A stretch of 64,000 nt of DNA from an uncultured Nitrososphaeraceae archaeon. GTDB taxonomy: Archaea > Thermoproteota > Nitrososphaeria > Nitrososphaerales > Nitrososphaeraceae. Where the stretch lies: the NCBI GenBank assembly GCA_963765895.1, contig CAVXZB010000088.1, positions 122,236 to 186,235 on the forward strand. Direction: 5' to 3'. The position numbers were made by a program, and so were the translations under genes. The stretch's first letter is position 1; each line of letters begins with the position of its first letter. Shown here piece after piece: positions 40,917 through 52,800 of the stretch. The notes under the pieces are model-generated. The model saw only the letters and a list, made by a program, of their open reading frames with translations, did no database searches and was not told the DNA's origin.

Positions 40917-41955
40917 CGATGTGAGATAGCTATTACTTGTTTGGCCATTGCTCATCTAAATATTAGTTACAATTCAAATACGTAGTGGATTCATCAAGAC
41001 TTGCCCGATTCAGATCTGCCTTAATGGTGATTGAAGACATCCTGAGCTATCTATGAAAGAGACTCATTTTAGAGGATGCTAGCACATTTCTATAATGAGG
41101 TAATACAACCATTACGGCGTTGTCTTCATGAAATGAGTTATTTCCGGCGATGTCTAGTATGGTTTGAAGAAGTATGAACATCAAGTCTTATCTTCGAAAT
41201 CCTATGGTAGAATTTGTCAGCAATGCCACTAGCAGACCTAAGGAGCGTACACTCATTATCGCGAAATGCAGTACCGTAGGAAGCTCGTGGGCTACTCCGT
41301 CTTGTCTTCAGTATTATAGATTGCTGCAGTTCGGCTGAAACAGTTAAGGTGAGTCCGTCGCTATGAGAGAGTAAACATATATTGACCCATAACCTGTCAG
41401 TCCTCTCTAGAAGGGTCTTGGAAGAAGGAACCAACGATATATCCACGGCTATACATATTCCAAAAGATACGATGGGAAATTGAGTATGACTTAGACATGG
41501 TAGATCTTGACTCATATGTTCTTTAGTGTGGTCACATCACTGATAATGTAGCTGGATACTGAACCAGCAAATTGTGCAGCATAGCCTAAAATCGATAGTT
41601 TTTAAGAATTGGCCACATTGACTGGGGCAGTCCAAGGTTTTAATTACATATCTGAACTAACTTACAGAAAGAGCGGAGACGAAATGTTAGATATGTATCC
41701 TAACGAGACGCCAGAATTACCAGATCTGTCATCAAAGCCTGCCATGAAGTTCGCATATGCAAAATGTGTCATGAGGTCATCCTTAGGTTTATTTATATTT
41801 GTAACGAAAATCGAGCAAGGGAGTTGATGTAAATCCACATTAACGATAATCTGTGGTCGATCATTTTTGTATTAATTTAATCAGTAACAATTCATATATC
41901 GGTGTGCTTTGACTACTAGGATAAATTAATTTCGATTGGATAGTAGTACAGGTAC

Positions 41956-41984
41956 AGGTGGAGGGATGTAAACATTCTCCACCT
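41956..41984. terminator. Strong inverted repeat at the stop codon of the 41983-42762 gene
   Basis: AGGTGGAGGGATGT-AA-ACATTCTCCACCT forms a near-perfect stem. Confidence 0.5.
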
Positions 41985-42762
41985 ATTTGATCTTCAGAGT
42001 CTTTACAGTAGCGTCGATGACTGGAACGTACTTGCTTATATCAGGCCTCTGAATCGCAGTTGGTTGGGTAGATGAGAATAAAGGACTGCTAACTACTAAC
42101 ATTAGCCGGTAAGTTCTAGCCGGCGTTTTGTATTCATAGACCTTTGTCTGTCCTACTCCATTAATATTGAAATTCTTTGGTGGGATAGTGGAAGTATTGT
42201 TATTACCAAGGTTAGCGCTTGCTCCACTCTGATTATTTGTGGATACTCTTGAAAACAGCTTGGAGAAGGGGCATTCTATTGTATATACATGGAATGTCTT
42301 ACCATTTATGATTGATGTGGAGTTTGCTGCCAATTCTTTGCAGTTTTTAGAAATAGAAAAGTTAGGCAAGCTTAGCTTATTGATTATTGAATTATTCAGT
42401 GATTGTACCAGGATAGCGGGATTAATGACAGGATTTTCTCTATTTAACAAATTACGTAAATATTGACTTTCGTTTCCAGGGTGCATGTTTACAAGAAGCC
42501 CAAATTCTGTCTCAATTGCACGGCCATGCCATCCGCCAGGAAATGCCACATCGTCAATACCAAAAGTTGGGTTACTATAATGTCCACTAATATCTTTCCT
42601 TAATGAGTGTAAAAATTTGGGAACAATTGATTTAATGCCAAGGTTACTCTTACTACTGTTTAGATTATTTTGTGCGTGGACACCATGGAAGGATATAAGT
42701 GTCGATGGCACTGAGATGAGTAATGTCGATATGATACAGATCGATAAGATTCTTTGATTCAT
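41983..42762 (-). CDS. Secreted hypothetical protein
   Basis: Likely start MNQRILSICII...VHAQ (signal peptide); YSNP.FGI..V.FP.GW motif; two spaced Cys residues in the mature part. Confidence 0.75.
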   Translation of the reverse strand: MNQRILSICIISTLLISVPSTLISFHGVHAQNNLNSSKSNLGIKSIVPKFLHSLRKDISGHYSNPTFGIDDVAFPGGWHGRAIETEFGLLVNMHPGNESQYLRNLLNRENPVINPAILVQSLNNSIINKLSLPNFSISKNCKELAANSTSIINGKTFHVYTIECPFSKLFSRVSTNNQSGASANLGNNNTSTIPPKNFNINGVGQTKVYEYKTPARTYRLMLVVSSPLFSSTQPTAIQRPDISKYVPVIDATVKTLKIK

Positions 42763-43441
42763 TATTGCCTCTTCTAGAACTAACTTATATATATGTAACT
42801 TCATTGAGAATACTCACTTACATACGCGATAGTTAGACAAGTTCCTGCCGTCCAATATCTATTTACTTTGGAAACAACAATTACAAATATAGAAATCTGC
42901 TTAAAAGAATAATGATTTAATATTTGCAGACTACGGGATATTGAAAAACCATACCATCTCTAGGTGTATCGAATTTGCTTAAATCTTTTCAAATGAATCT
43001 AGATTGCAATGGCAAAGGCGCACGAGAAGATGGTAACGTACGACGATGACAAATCACACTTCTTTTAGAAGGTTTGTAACGATTACTATATCTGATCTTG
43101 ATATGCAGATTATTCTGAATATTTTATAGGACATTCCAGTTCTACATACTGGGGCAAGAAGGATTCAGAGAAAGTGGAGATTATCTTCTATTATTTCTGT
43201 CGGTTAATTTAGTCGCAAAATTGCAGAGTTGTCTTAGAATACGTAGTGGAGAAAGGCATGATGCTTCAAAGGATAGCTCCTGTTGCTAAGTGGTATTTTC
43301 TAGATGCCAATCTCCGGGATTATTTCTCCGCCTTCACGATGATACTAAAAATATCTTCGCCATGTTCACCGTTTTTTACTCTAGCTTTGACAAACGCCAC
43401 TATAGAACATAAGTGTGACAGTATTATTGGTATTACTACTA

Positions 43442-44025
43442 CTAATCTAACTCTGTAGATAATCTTTTGATTAAATATTCTCTTGTAACTGGCTTTTTGA
43501 TAAAACATCCATAACTTACTTTAGAATATACTTCTCTTAGAGCTTCAACATTTATTTCTAATGCAGACTTAAAACATACTCTATTGTTAACATCTGATTC
43601 TAATATCTTTTCACATAGCTAAAAGCCATTCATGTCTGGATATAAATATTAGATAGAAGAAGATCATAAGAATGTCGTTTGAATTGTGTTAATGCTAACA
43701 AGGGATCGTTATATGTATATACCTAAAATCTTTTCCTGTCACTGTGACAATAACCGTCTAGAATGACTTTAAAAGTTAACGTAAGGTCAGGATCATCATC
43801 TACAACAAGAATCTTTTTGATAAATGGTAATGGTCGTGTTGGCGATGGCGATTGTTCTTTTGTTTCTATTTCTAAGGCAGCAACAGAATCTGATTCCTGA
43901 TTTTGTAGGTAATTAGGATTGTAAGGAAAAGTAGAAAGAGAAAGAGAAGGCTCGAAAAGATAATGCAGATGCTGACGAGGATAATCGCTATGGACATTGT
44001 ATGAATGATAAAGAACTATTCTCAT
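43442..44025 (-). pseudogene. Response regulator receiver pseudogene
   Basis: KKILVVDDDPDLTLTFK...F*VYTYNDP.LAL..F....YDLLLSNI.../CEKILE.D...RVCF.SA...FIKKPV...L..RL..EL*. It has an in-frame TAG, a frameshift and Asn at the phospho-acceptor Asp position. Confidence 0.8.
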
Positions 44026-44216
44026 TTCTGGTCTTCCGATAAACTGTGCTCGTGAATCTTGAAATGCGGATAAACGCCAATTGGTATTCTGTTTGATAAC
44101 AACAGCGGGGGAAGAATTTCACCCTGGATCAATGTTTTATTGACCAGCCATCACTATCCAACCGACTGAAATTACAATAGCAAAAATTTGGAATTAGAAA
44201 TTGTATACTTATAATC

Positions 44217-44576
44217 TTAATAAATAGAATGGCCATATATCTTAATAAATATACCATTAAACAGAGATCCTAAGTGCGCAGAATATGCAAAATAGGGACT
44301 TGGAACCACCAAGAACCCACATCTCTGAAGCATTATTAGATGCTGTTGCTGCGAATGTATCTGAGGCCAAACTCGATAGTTGACCTTTTGCCCTAAAAGT
44401 ATCAATATTTGTGGCATTGATAATAGTAGTATTGCTTCCCCCACTTGTGTCTGAGCAAATGCTAGATTAAGATTGTTATTGTTATTGTTGGCTGTAGTTG
44501 TTAGAGCAGTTAGAGCGGTTACACTCGTTAAGAGTATGGCCATTATGGCAACAGAAAAGATGGCTATCCTGATCAT
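44217..44576 (-). CDS. Secreted-protein N-terminus, probably truncated or decayed
   Basis: Signal peptide, poly-Asn and AFAQ; the downstream part looks out of frame. Confidence 0.4.
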   Translation of the reverse strand: MIRIAIFSVAIMAILLTSVTALTALTTTANNNNNNLNLAFAQTQVGEAILLLSMPQILILLGQKVNYRVWPQIHSQQQHLIMLQRCGFLVVPSPYFAYSAHLGSLFNGIFIKIYGHSIY

Positions 44577-44742
44577 ATCAATAATTGAATATGTGATAGA
44601 GTGTCATGCTGCTATCATTGAAGTAAAATATGCGTAAAATATATTTCCAACTCCCTTTTGTAGAGTCCTGTATGAGAGTAACAATGTCCTTAAAGTTATA
44701 TCAATTTTATTTATATTAAAAGTCTTCTTTAGAGGAACTAAG

Positions 44743-44979
44743 ATGTTAACAAAAACTACCCTAACTATTGGAGTTGGAGTCTTACTGACTACCCTTGCAC
44801 TACTTGCAACCGCACCCGTAGTAAGCAATGAGGCATTTGCAGGCGGAGACCATCACAAAGATAAGGACCACAAAGACAAGCATCACAAGGACAAACATCA
44901 CAAGCATAAGCATCATCATCACAAGCATCACAAACACCATCATCATCACAAGCATCACAAATACCATCATCGTCATTAA
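44743..44979 (+). CDS. Secreted His/Lys-rich peptide
   Basis: 33-aa signal peptide ending AFA and a 45-aa mature part with 24 His and 12 Lys. TATA-like TTATATTAAAA at 44711-44721 and a T-tract after the stop. Confidence 0.85.
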   Translation: MLTKTTLTIGVGVLLTTLALLATAPVVSNEAFAGGDHHKDKDHKDKHHKDKHHKHKHHHHKHHKHHHHHKHHKYHHRH

Positions 44980-45153
44980 AAACCAGCAAAAGATTCCTTC
45001 CACTCTAGCCTAATTTTTTATTTGAATGTTTTAGGTTATGACCGCCTTAATCCTATTCAATCAGAAAAAATACATTGCAAAGATACATAAGTATAATTGA
45101 CTGAATACTGCAATTGGTTAATTAGATTTTATATATCTGAGGATAATTGATTA

Positions 45154-46957
45154 TTAATTACTTACCTGCAAACTAAAACTGAATGTAGCGCCTTTCCCAT
45201 CATTATTTTCTGCCCATATTCTACCCCCATGTGCTTCAACTATGTTCTTTGAAATATACAAACCCAACCCTATCCCATGTTCTGATTTCGTCGCAAATTT
45301 GGTAAATAATCTGGGTATTATCTCTGAATCTATTCCTTCACCTTCGTCCTTTATAGCTATGTTCCATTCCTTTGCATTTGCATTTTTTGTCTTTTCTAAC
45401 AGAGATAATGTAATTGAGCCATGTTTTGTAAAGTTTAATGCATTATCTAATAAATTCTGCACAACCTGAAGAATTCTTTGTCTGTCTCCAAAGACTAAAG
45501 CATTCTTGAATTTACAGTCAAATGATATTTCCCATCTCTTTGAAAGACTTTTACGATCATTTCTATAATCATCTAACAAATCGTTAATTGCGGCAACCAA
45601 ATCGAACACATTATTTCTTAGATCTAATGATTTAGATTCGATTTTTGATACATCTAAAATATCTTCAGTAAGAGATTTTAATCGACGTGCGTTTCTACTA
45701 ATAATAGATATGAATTCTTGATACTGTTCAATGTTGCCTTTCTTACTACCCAAGACATCGGCCAAGCCTAATATTGGTTGAAGAGGCGTTCGTAACTCGT
45801 GTGCAGCCATATTCATAAACTCTTTTTGTAAGGAATCGTGAGCTTCTAGTCGTTCAATTAGAAGTTGTTGTTGTTGTTTATTTGCTTTCTTCAATTGTCC
45901 GTAGAGATCGAGTCCACAATGATTCAAATATCGATACATAAGACAATACAGTAGATTTGCTATTAGAATATGAAGCCAATCCCATAGCTTTATCAGAAGT
46001 ATCTTTATTGTCATCCCTTAATTCTACAGCTAAAGAATATTTACTGTCAACAATTAGGATCGAGATCTTGGTTTGCAATTGAGGTTCGATTGGCCGAATT
46101 ATTAATTTAGCAACAGTGTTTGAACTATCGGCATGTCTATAGTTGTCGCCACTACAACTTTTATTGTCAAGACTTTCACTACTGTTGCCACCATTATTAC
46201 CATACTCCAATTTCAATTCTTCTACAAACCCCTTTACATTTTCATCAAACGGAGTAAGAATTCTAACTTTTAGACCTCGAAATGCCGTCTCAATTACTGA
46301 TTTTATACCTCCTGACCTTGTCTGACGATGAAATGCATTCGCAGTTGAAAATATTACAAGAATTTCTTCTTTTGCTTCTCCTATTAGATCAAATGCGAGT
46401 TTCTGCACTTTATGAGAGTCTCTGATTATCTCAATAAAATCTGTTTTTGCTCCATCTTCTATTTCTCTGATTTTTTGTTCGGCAGTTTCTGCTTTATTCC
46501 AGAGCATATCGAAGAAATATTGTTGTTGTTCTACGAATGAATTAATATTGCAATAAATAATTTCTGGAGCAATTTTTCCTTCATCAGCAACGACTGCAGG
46601 TGCAATATATTCTGATTCACTTAGCATAAAATTGCTCATGATACCCTCCAAATGTCTAAACTCATCTACAATTTCCATCAGTTCTCTGCAGCAGTCTATA
46701 TTGTCCTTAGTAATTTCAGCGAGGTATCTTATCTTGACACCTCTTCTTTTGGCATCGATAAATGATTTCTTTATTGGTTCTGTTCTAGCCGCTAATGGCG
46801 GGATAGTATAATTCATACAAGCATCTATTCTTCTTTTGGCATTAAAGAAAAAATGTAATTCTGTATCTACTACATTCTCAATACCGTAATCTGCCTCTGT
46901 CCTTTTAGCATCTCCTGCAACTGGAAAGGAATCAGAAGAATCCATATTTACCCGCAA
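45154..46957 (-). CDS. Cytoplasmic sensor histidine kinase, frameshifted near 45910
   Basis: N-terminal domains end in FESLW. The C-terminal ORF has AHELRTPLQPI (H box), NLLDNA (N), DEGEGI (G1), LFTKF and G.GLGL (G2). Confidence 0.9.
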
Positions 46958-47149
46958 TTCTAACAGATTCTGTAAATATATAAGTAGTATGTAGACAACA
47001 TAATAATTCGCAATATTAAACGTTATTTTTGATAAATTCTTGCACGACTAACTGACCAACAACGTATGTACTAGAAGACAAAATGAGAGGTTGAAAGTGG
47101 ATCATGTTGTTAAATAGTACTCATAACTAAGTCGATCTTCTCTTGAATG

Positions 47150-47666
47150 TATGGATCGTCTAAAAGATATCATACCTGAATTAGATGAGAGATTCAGTTA
47201 TGCAGTAGAAGTTAGTTAGAGACATATCGTGGTTTCAAGACTTGGCATATAGTTTTCTGCAAATAACAATATGTTTATGGTATGGTCTGGAGTCAACTTG
47301 CTGGTATAAGAACTCCACCTGTAGTTACAACAGATTTTTCTGTATATTAGATTTATTGGAGATAGGACCATACGAGAAAAGGTTTGGTAAGATATAAAAA
47401 GACATGGTCTGGAATTAAAAAGATGGGCCAGATTTCTCAAGAGAGCCAGAGAAGAACAAAGAGATAGACTAAACCTAGCAATTGTAGCAGCAAACAATCA
47501 TTATGCTAGCTTTGGTCCTGGAACTGCTAACACATTTAAGAAAATGTTGGGTTTATTAGAAGTGACTTGGAATGGTAAAGTGTCCTGGATAGAAGACACC
47601 CTACATGCTAAAGAAACACAAACAAGTCTATCCGATTTTCGAAATAAAGTATTAGTTGTTCATTGA
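47150..47666 (+). pseudogene. DUF72 (YecE-like) pseudogene, C-terminal half
   Basis: Fragments across frames: RFSYAVEV / R..SWF / TPPVVTTDFLYIRFIGDR / IVAANNHYASFGPGTAN.F..MLGL, with several frameshifts and stops. Confidence 0.75.
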
Positions 47667-47910
47667 TGTATGATATCCTTTCTTTTCAAGGGATTCCAAT
47701 CAACCGTCTTTATTATTCTCGTTTAAGAATATGTAATTCATTATTTACTTGCTTGACTATGAATTCATTATTGCAAACCTCTTTGCTATTAGGATTCCGT
47801 ATAGAAACAAGGGCTTTAGTTAAATCAGTACTAAAACAAAACGACGCAGACCACCATGAATCATCACCAGGTGATGTAAGTTGGCGTTCGCATTGAAACC
47901 AGTCATTATC

Positions 47911-48159
47911 TTAACAGAATGCATGAAAATAGTCTATAACTTCTAGTTCTTCTTCACATAGTTTGAGTCTATACTCCTTATCTACTATTCTACTCGAATT
48001 CATAACGTAAGAAACTCTGCTCCTTGTTGCTTTTGATTCGATTACGACCGATTCTACATTCTTGGATATCTCATCGCAAATATCAAGAGATTTGTGCAAA
48101 TGAGTCAATATGGTTGGTTCTCTTAGTTCATTAGATCTTTCTAATAAAAGATATGACAT
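47911..48159 (-). CDS. Hypothetical protein
   Basis: 82-aa ORF with a TATA-like element upstream; no motif recognised. Confidence 0.4.
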   Translation of the reverse strand: MSYLLLERSNELREPTILTHLHKSLDICDEISKNVESVVIESKATRSRVSYVMNSSRIVDKEYRLKLCEEELEVIDYFHAFC

Positions 48160-48752
48160 TTTTACTTTGAGATATTAATAGCCTGAACTATAGAGTGTTT
48201 TAAGACCAACTGAGAAACGAACAGGAGAACGGTGTTGTTTTATTACTTGTCTAATGACGACATACATATATATGTTAACACATAGTGTCCAACATTTTAT
48301 ATATATGGAACATCAATGCAAAAAGGTGAAGATAAGTCGATAATGAAATCCGGGCTTGTTTAATAAGTGCAAGTTCGTTTAATTATTCCGCCATAAAAAA
48401 AACGATATCGAATTGCTGGTTGGATTCAACTTAGATTTGAACACATTTAAGATATATCTGCAATTTTTAGTTCTCCTTCCAAAAGTGAATTTAGAAGATA
48501 TCGATGTAGTTAGGGGTTAAACGATGAAGCAGAAAGACGATGTACCAAAATGTATTGACACTTTAGATTCTACGATCTGCTAAAGCGACCATTTACAAAC
48601 AAATAAAGGTCGTAATGCCGACATCCTGAAGACAGATGATGGAATTCAGTTGTAGTTTGAATAAGTACACGGTGATGGTTGATGGTGACTACAAATATTC
48701 TATTTTTCATGCTGAATTGAAAAATGATAACAATAATTCGTGATGATAGACT

Positions 48753-49781
48753 ATGTGTAAAATTCAAAAAAGTGAATATTGTATTTCAGTTTCTAATCTT
48801 AGGAAGCGGTACGGTAAGGCTAATACTTATGCCATAAATGATATTACTTTTGACGTAAAGTATGGATCAGTCTTTGGGTTTCTTGGTCCAAACGGTGCGG
48901 GAAAAACTACCACAGTAAAAATTCTTACTACTCTACTTAGGGCAACGTCTGGGAGTATTTACATTTTTGGAAGACAGCTTTTAAAAAATCAATCAGAAAT
49001 TAAAAAAAGGGTAGGAGTAGTTTCTCAAAATCCTAGTTTTGAAACAAACCTAACAGTGGAAAGGGCACTTGATTTATATGGCATATTATGGGGGCTAAAG
49101 GACAAGCAACTCCGAAAAGAAAAAATAAATAAAATCCTCAATACTTTTGATCTAGAATCCATTAAAAGTATCAAAAATGATGAACTCTCCATAGGTCAGA
49201 GGAGGAGAGTTCAGGTTGCACGGGAGTTTATCCATGAAATGGATCTGCTTTTCCTAGATGAGCCAACGGTAGGTCTAGATCCTTCTGCAAGAAGACTGCT
49301 CTTAGATTATATAAAGTCTCAAGTCAAGTCTGGTCTGACTGTATTCTTTACTACACACATTATGGAAGAGGCAGAATATCTATGTGACCAAATAGCTATT
49401 ATGGACAAGGGAAAAATAATCGCCTTTGATACACCATCTGGGCTAAAGCAGAAATATGGGAAAGGAACCAAAACCATAGAACTAACATTTAATGACATAC
49501 CGAATAAACTCCTTATTGATCATCTTAAGAATATTGTTAATAAGAGACAAAGTAGAAAAGATCCAAATAGTACTAATTCATTTATTGGGTTCAACGGAGT
49601 ACATACAATTACAATTACAGCTGATAATGTAGAGGAGATCATTTCTGAGGTGTTGCAACTTATCTATAAAGATGGTCTGCAATTAGAAAACATTTCTATA
49701 ATTCCACCATCTCTAGAGGAGGTTTTCTTGTCAGTCGTCGATAAAAATGGTTATTCAAATGGTAGAGAAGTGGGGCGTTAA
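48753..49781 (+). CDS. ABC transporter ATP-binding protein (DrrA/NodI-like exporter)
   Basis: GPNGAGKTT, LSIGQRRR, LFLDEPTVGLDP, TTH.MEEAE and PSLEEVFL motifs. Confidence 0.95.
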   Translation: MCKIQKSEYCISVSNLRKRYGKANTYAINDITFDVKYGSVFGFLGPNGAGKTTTVKILTTLLRATSGSIYIFGRQLLKNQSEIKKRVGVVSQNPSFETNLTVERALDLYGILWGLKDKQLRKEKINKILNTFDLESIKSIKNDELSIGQRRRVQVAREFIHEMDLLFLDEPTVGLDPSARRLLLDYIKSQVKSGLTVFFTTHIMEEAEYLCDQIAIMDKGKIIAFDTPSGLKQKYGKGTKTIELTFNDIPNKLLIDHLKNIVNKRQSRKDPNSTNSFIGFNGVHTITITADNVEEIISEVLQLIYKDGLQLENISIIPPSLEEVFLSVVDKNGYSNGREVGR

Positions 49782-49787
49782 CTCATC

Positions 49788-50564
49788 TTGATGGTAAATA
49801 GTATACTATTATTAGTGTATAGAAATCTCGTCGCGGCTATTGACAAGTCTTTCTTAATTTGGATGGTAGCTTTTCCTGTCGTTTATATATTCATAGTGGG
49901 CTATGCATACTCTACATTAATAGGAAATCGAGAAATTAACATTGGATCCGTATCCGTTACCTATACTTCGTTTTTAACTTCAGGTGTGATTGGGTTTAAT
50001 GCTATGAATGGCAGCTCTGCGGTCGCTGGTGGCATTGTTTGGAATGATAAGAGAAATGGAATGCTTCAACAATTGCTGGTCATGCAATTCAGTAAGGTAC
50101 AATACATTATTGGCAATCTTATAACAATTATTCTAATTGGATTAGTCAGTGCTGCGCTAATAATGATTATTGGCCTGCCAACAATGTATAAGAATGCAAA
50201 TATAACATTATGGAGCGTACCGTATATCATATATGCCTTGGCTAGTGGTTCAGTATTTTTTGGTTCCTTCACTATAATATTGTCAACCAAAATTAAAAGT
50301 AGTGAAGCGCATAATGTAATAAGTAATGGTCTTTTCCTTTTTTTTACTTTCGTTAGTTCAGCGTTTTATCCTGCACAAGGATTACCAGGTCCATTAACTA
50401 TCGCCTTCTATCTAAATCCGTTAACATACATTGTGGATATTAGCAGAGCTGGGATATTTTCGCAGATAAGTGCATTTACTAATATTCAAGTCCTGATATT
50501 GGGTGCTCTTGCAGCAACAGTATTTGTGATTGCAATTAGATCAATGGTAAGTATGAAAGTCTGA
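49788..50564 (+). CDS. ABC-2 type exporter permease
   Basis: Six TM segments, S..FYP and NPLTY.VD..R motifs; adjacent to the ATPase gene. Confidence 0.92.
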   Translation: MMVNSILLLVYRNLVAAIDKSFLIWMVAFPVVYIFIVGYAYSTLIGNREINIGSVSVTYTSFLTSGVIGFNAMNGSSAVAGGIVWNDKRNGMLQQLLVMQFSKVQYIIGNLITIILIGLVSAALIMIIGLPTMYKNANITLWSVPYIIYALASGSVFFGSFTIILSTKIKSSEAHNVISNGLFLFFTFVSSAFYPAQGLPGPLTIAFYLNPLTYIVDISRAGIFSQISAFTNIQVLILGALAATVFVIAIRSMVSMKV

Positions 50565-51083
50565 TCAACGTTTTTATTATCCTCATATTCCTATTCTTAA
50601 AATCAGACGACGTATGTGGATCTCTTGTTTAGTTTTCGAAAATCAATTGCTTCTGTAAAGCTCATTTCTAGTATATTAAGCAGTCCGTTCTACATTCCAA
50701 CCAACCAATTGGACTTTAATTTTTATGTATACTTTTTATGTGGAGAGAATGATTTTGTTGCGAATCATCATCATTCTGGCCATAATTAACTCATAGACAT
50801 CACTATAGAATCAAATCAGTTCATGATCTTACAATCTGATCTACAATTCACTACCTAACAAGAATTCTAAATATGCTTCATCATGATCGTCAATTGCTTT
50901 AACAACACCACATCAAATTAAAAAGTAATATAACAATAATTTTGTCTGGCCAATAGTATCTATGTACTTAATAATTAAAATATAATAATGAAGTAATTTG
51001 AGATTATCATGTTCATATACTATCCATTCTAGGGGCTCTTCAAGTTTAAATTGCATACAGAGTATCAGAATTAGATAGTTATA

Positions 51084-51377
51084 ATGCCTGATCCCAACGC
51101 CAAACGTTTGTTATGGTTTCTCTTTGCTGGATCAAAGGGTGGGAATAATAGGATTAAAATAGTTCATTTATTAATGGAGCGTCCGTATAACATTAACCAA
51201 CTTGCTGAAGCATTAGGTCTTGATTATAAAGCAATACAACATCATATTACAGTCCTTGAAAAGAATAACCTGATTACCAGATTGGGAGAAAAATATGGGG
51301 TATTATATTTTATTTCCAACTATCTTGAGGCTAACGCAGACGCATTCAGGGATGTAATTTCAAAACTAAAAAAATGA
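51084..51377 (+). CDS. ArsR-like winged-helix regulator
   Basis: LLWFLFAGSKGG.NRIKI...L.ERP.N.NQLA..L.LDYK.IQHH..VL. Confidence 0.9.
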   Translation: MPDPNAKRLLWFLFAGSKGGNNRIKIVHLLMERPYNINQLAEALGLDYKAIQHHITVLEKNNLITRLGEKYGVLYFISNYLEANADAFRDVISKLKK

Positions 51378-52434
51378 TTCACTTTGGATAGCTAGAATAA
51401 ATATGGGCCTCGAAACCATCTGTTTGCTGAAAAAAAGCTGTGTAACGGTAATATACCATAGATCTGGTGAAAGAATCAAGATAGGCCAAATTCATAGGTA
51501 CAGTATTATCCGTAAGGAATGCCGGGATACCATTTTTTGTCCTGGTAAGAGTAATCACATTTTTACAATCTGGCAGCATCTGTCACTGCTTACTATCAAA
51601 CAGAAGGAGGATAAAGTTATAGTATATTTACTTAATGTTTGGTAAAAGCCCATTGTCTTTGGACGTTCATCAATATGTCTAGTAGAATACCTCCATTTCA
51701 CCACATTACAGAAATCTACAGATAGGATCGCAACAACCATTCTAGAAAGAATGATCTCTTCTTTTCGTCATCTTCTAATTAATGCCAAGCAGACATTCTA
51801 GGAATAGATTCGTCTAGATTCAAGTGAACATGTTCATCACCATACTCACTAGAAGTGCTAAACTAAGAAAAAGGAAAATGCTAAGCCGTCTATCAAAGCT
51901 GATGTAATAAGCATATAATATGTACCATCAAGATAAGGAGGGCTTTTACAAAAACATGACAATGTTGATTTTGAATTGATAATAATAATAATAATAATAA
52001 CATTAGACATTAAACCAATATCGATAGTAGTAGAGGAGAAGGGATATGACAGCGAAGTAAAAACACGTATTTGTAAAAGAAGGCATCAAAACATACTCCA
52101 TCATTCATTACCCTAGATAGTATCGTGTTCATATATTGAGAACAAAGTGTAGGTGTAGAAAACAAATCCAATGTTGCCATAGCAAACCAGTATATAATCA
52201 ACTAGTGTACATCAACGTAACAAGGACTGAACTACAATGTCTGTCAAAGAGGGTGTATTTGGAAGATATGTTACTTCAGGGCTAGTAAAACACAGAACAA
52301 GGAACCATCATTCAAATGCATAGCTTATAACATGCATAGGCGAACGGACCTTGTCGTTAATGCGATGATTTCTACATGGCCTAAATATGGAAAAAAGTAA
52401 ATAAGAGAATTCTAAGCGATATAAATCAGAGCCT

Positions 52435-52719
52435 ATGGAAACATTAATGACTATAAGTGCAATCGTAGGATTAGCAAACATTGGTATTCTAGTAGCATTG
52501 CTTTCTATCTACGCTAAAATCTACAATAATACCAAGGCAAGATTTACCATAGGTCTTATATTTTTTGTCGCATTATTGATGGTACAAAATATAATTGCAG
52601 TATACGCGTATTTTGCAATGAGCCCATTATATGCTATAGGATTACTTCCATATTTTGTAGGTATACATATAGCAGAATTGGCTGGATTATCCATACTCCT
52701 AAGGGTTACTCTGATGTGA
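52435..52719 (+). CDS. Small 3-TM membrane protein
   Basis: 94 aa; N...L..L...Y...Y...K..FT.GL..F...L..QN pattern. Confidence 0.8.
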   Translation: METLMTISAIVGLANIGILVALLSIYAKIYNNTKARFTIGLIFFVALLMVQNIIAVYAYFAMSPLYAIGLLPYFVGIHIAELAGLSILLRVTLM

Positions 52720-52800
52720 TTGGTGTAGAATAAAAGACTTGTAATACTTCGTGTTACCGAATTGGCGATGAATATGAATAAGTGTCAATATACTACCAAA

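Noticed and set aside
40920-41830. ORFs 41138-41515 and 41609-41827
   Set aside because: No family signature or consistent reading frame; at most unidentifiable remnants.
44789-45013. Alternative-frame ORFs over the His-rich gene (CDACDDD, VMMM and ITSIT repeats)
   Set aside because: They are by-products of CAT/CAC/AAG repeats. Only the + frame starting at 44743 has a signal peptide and a suitably placed promoter.
51980-52000. (AAT)n microsatellite
   Set aside because: A short simple repeat in an AT-rich spacer with no evident function.
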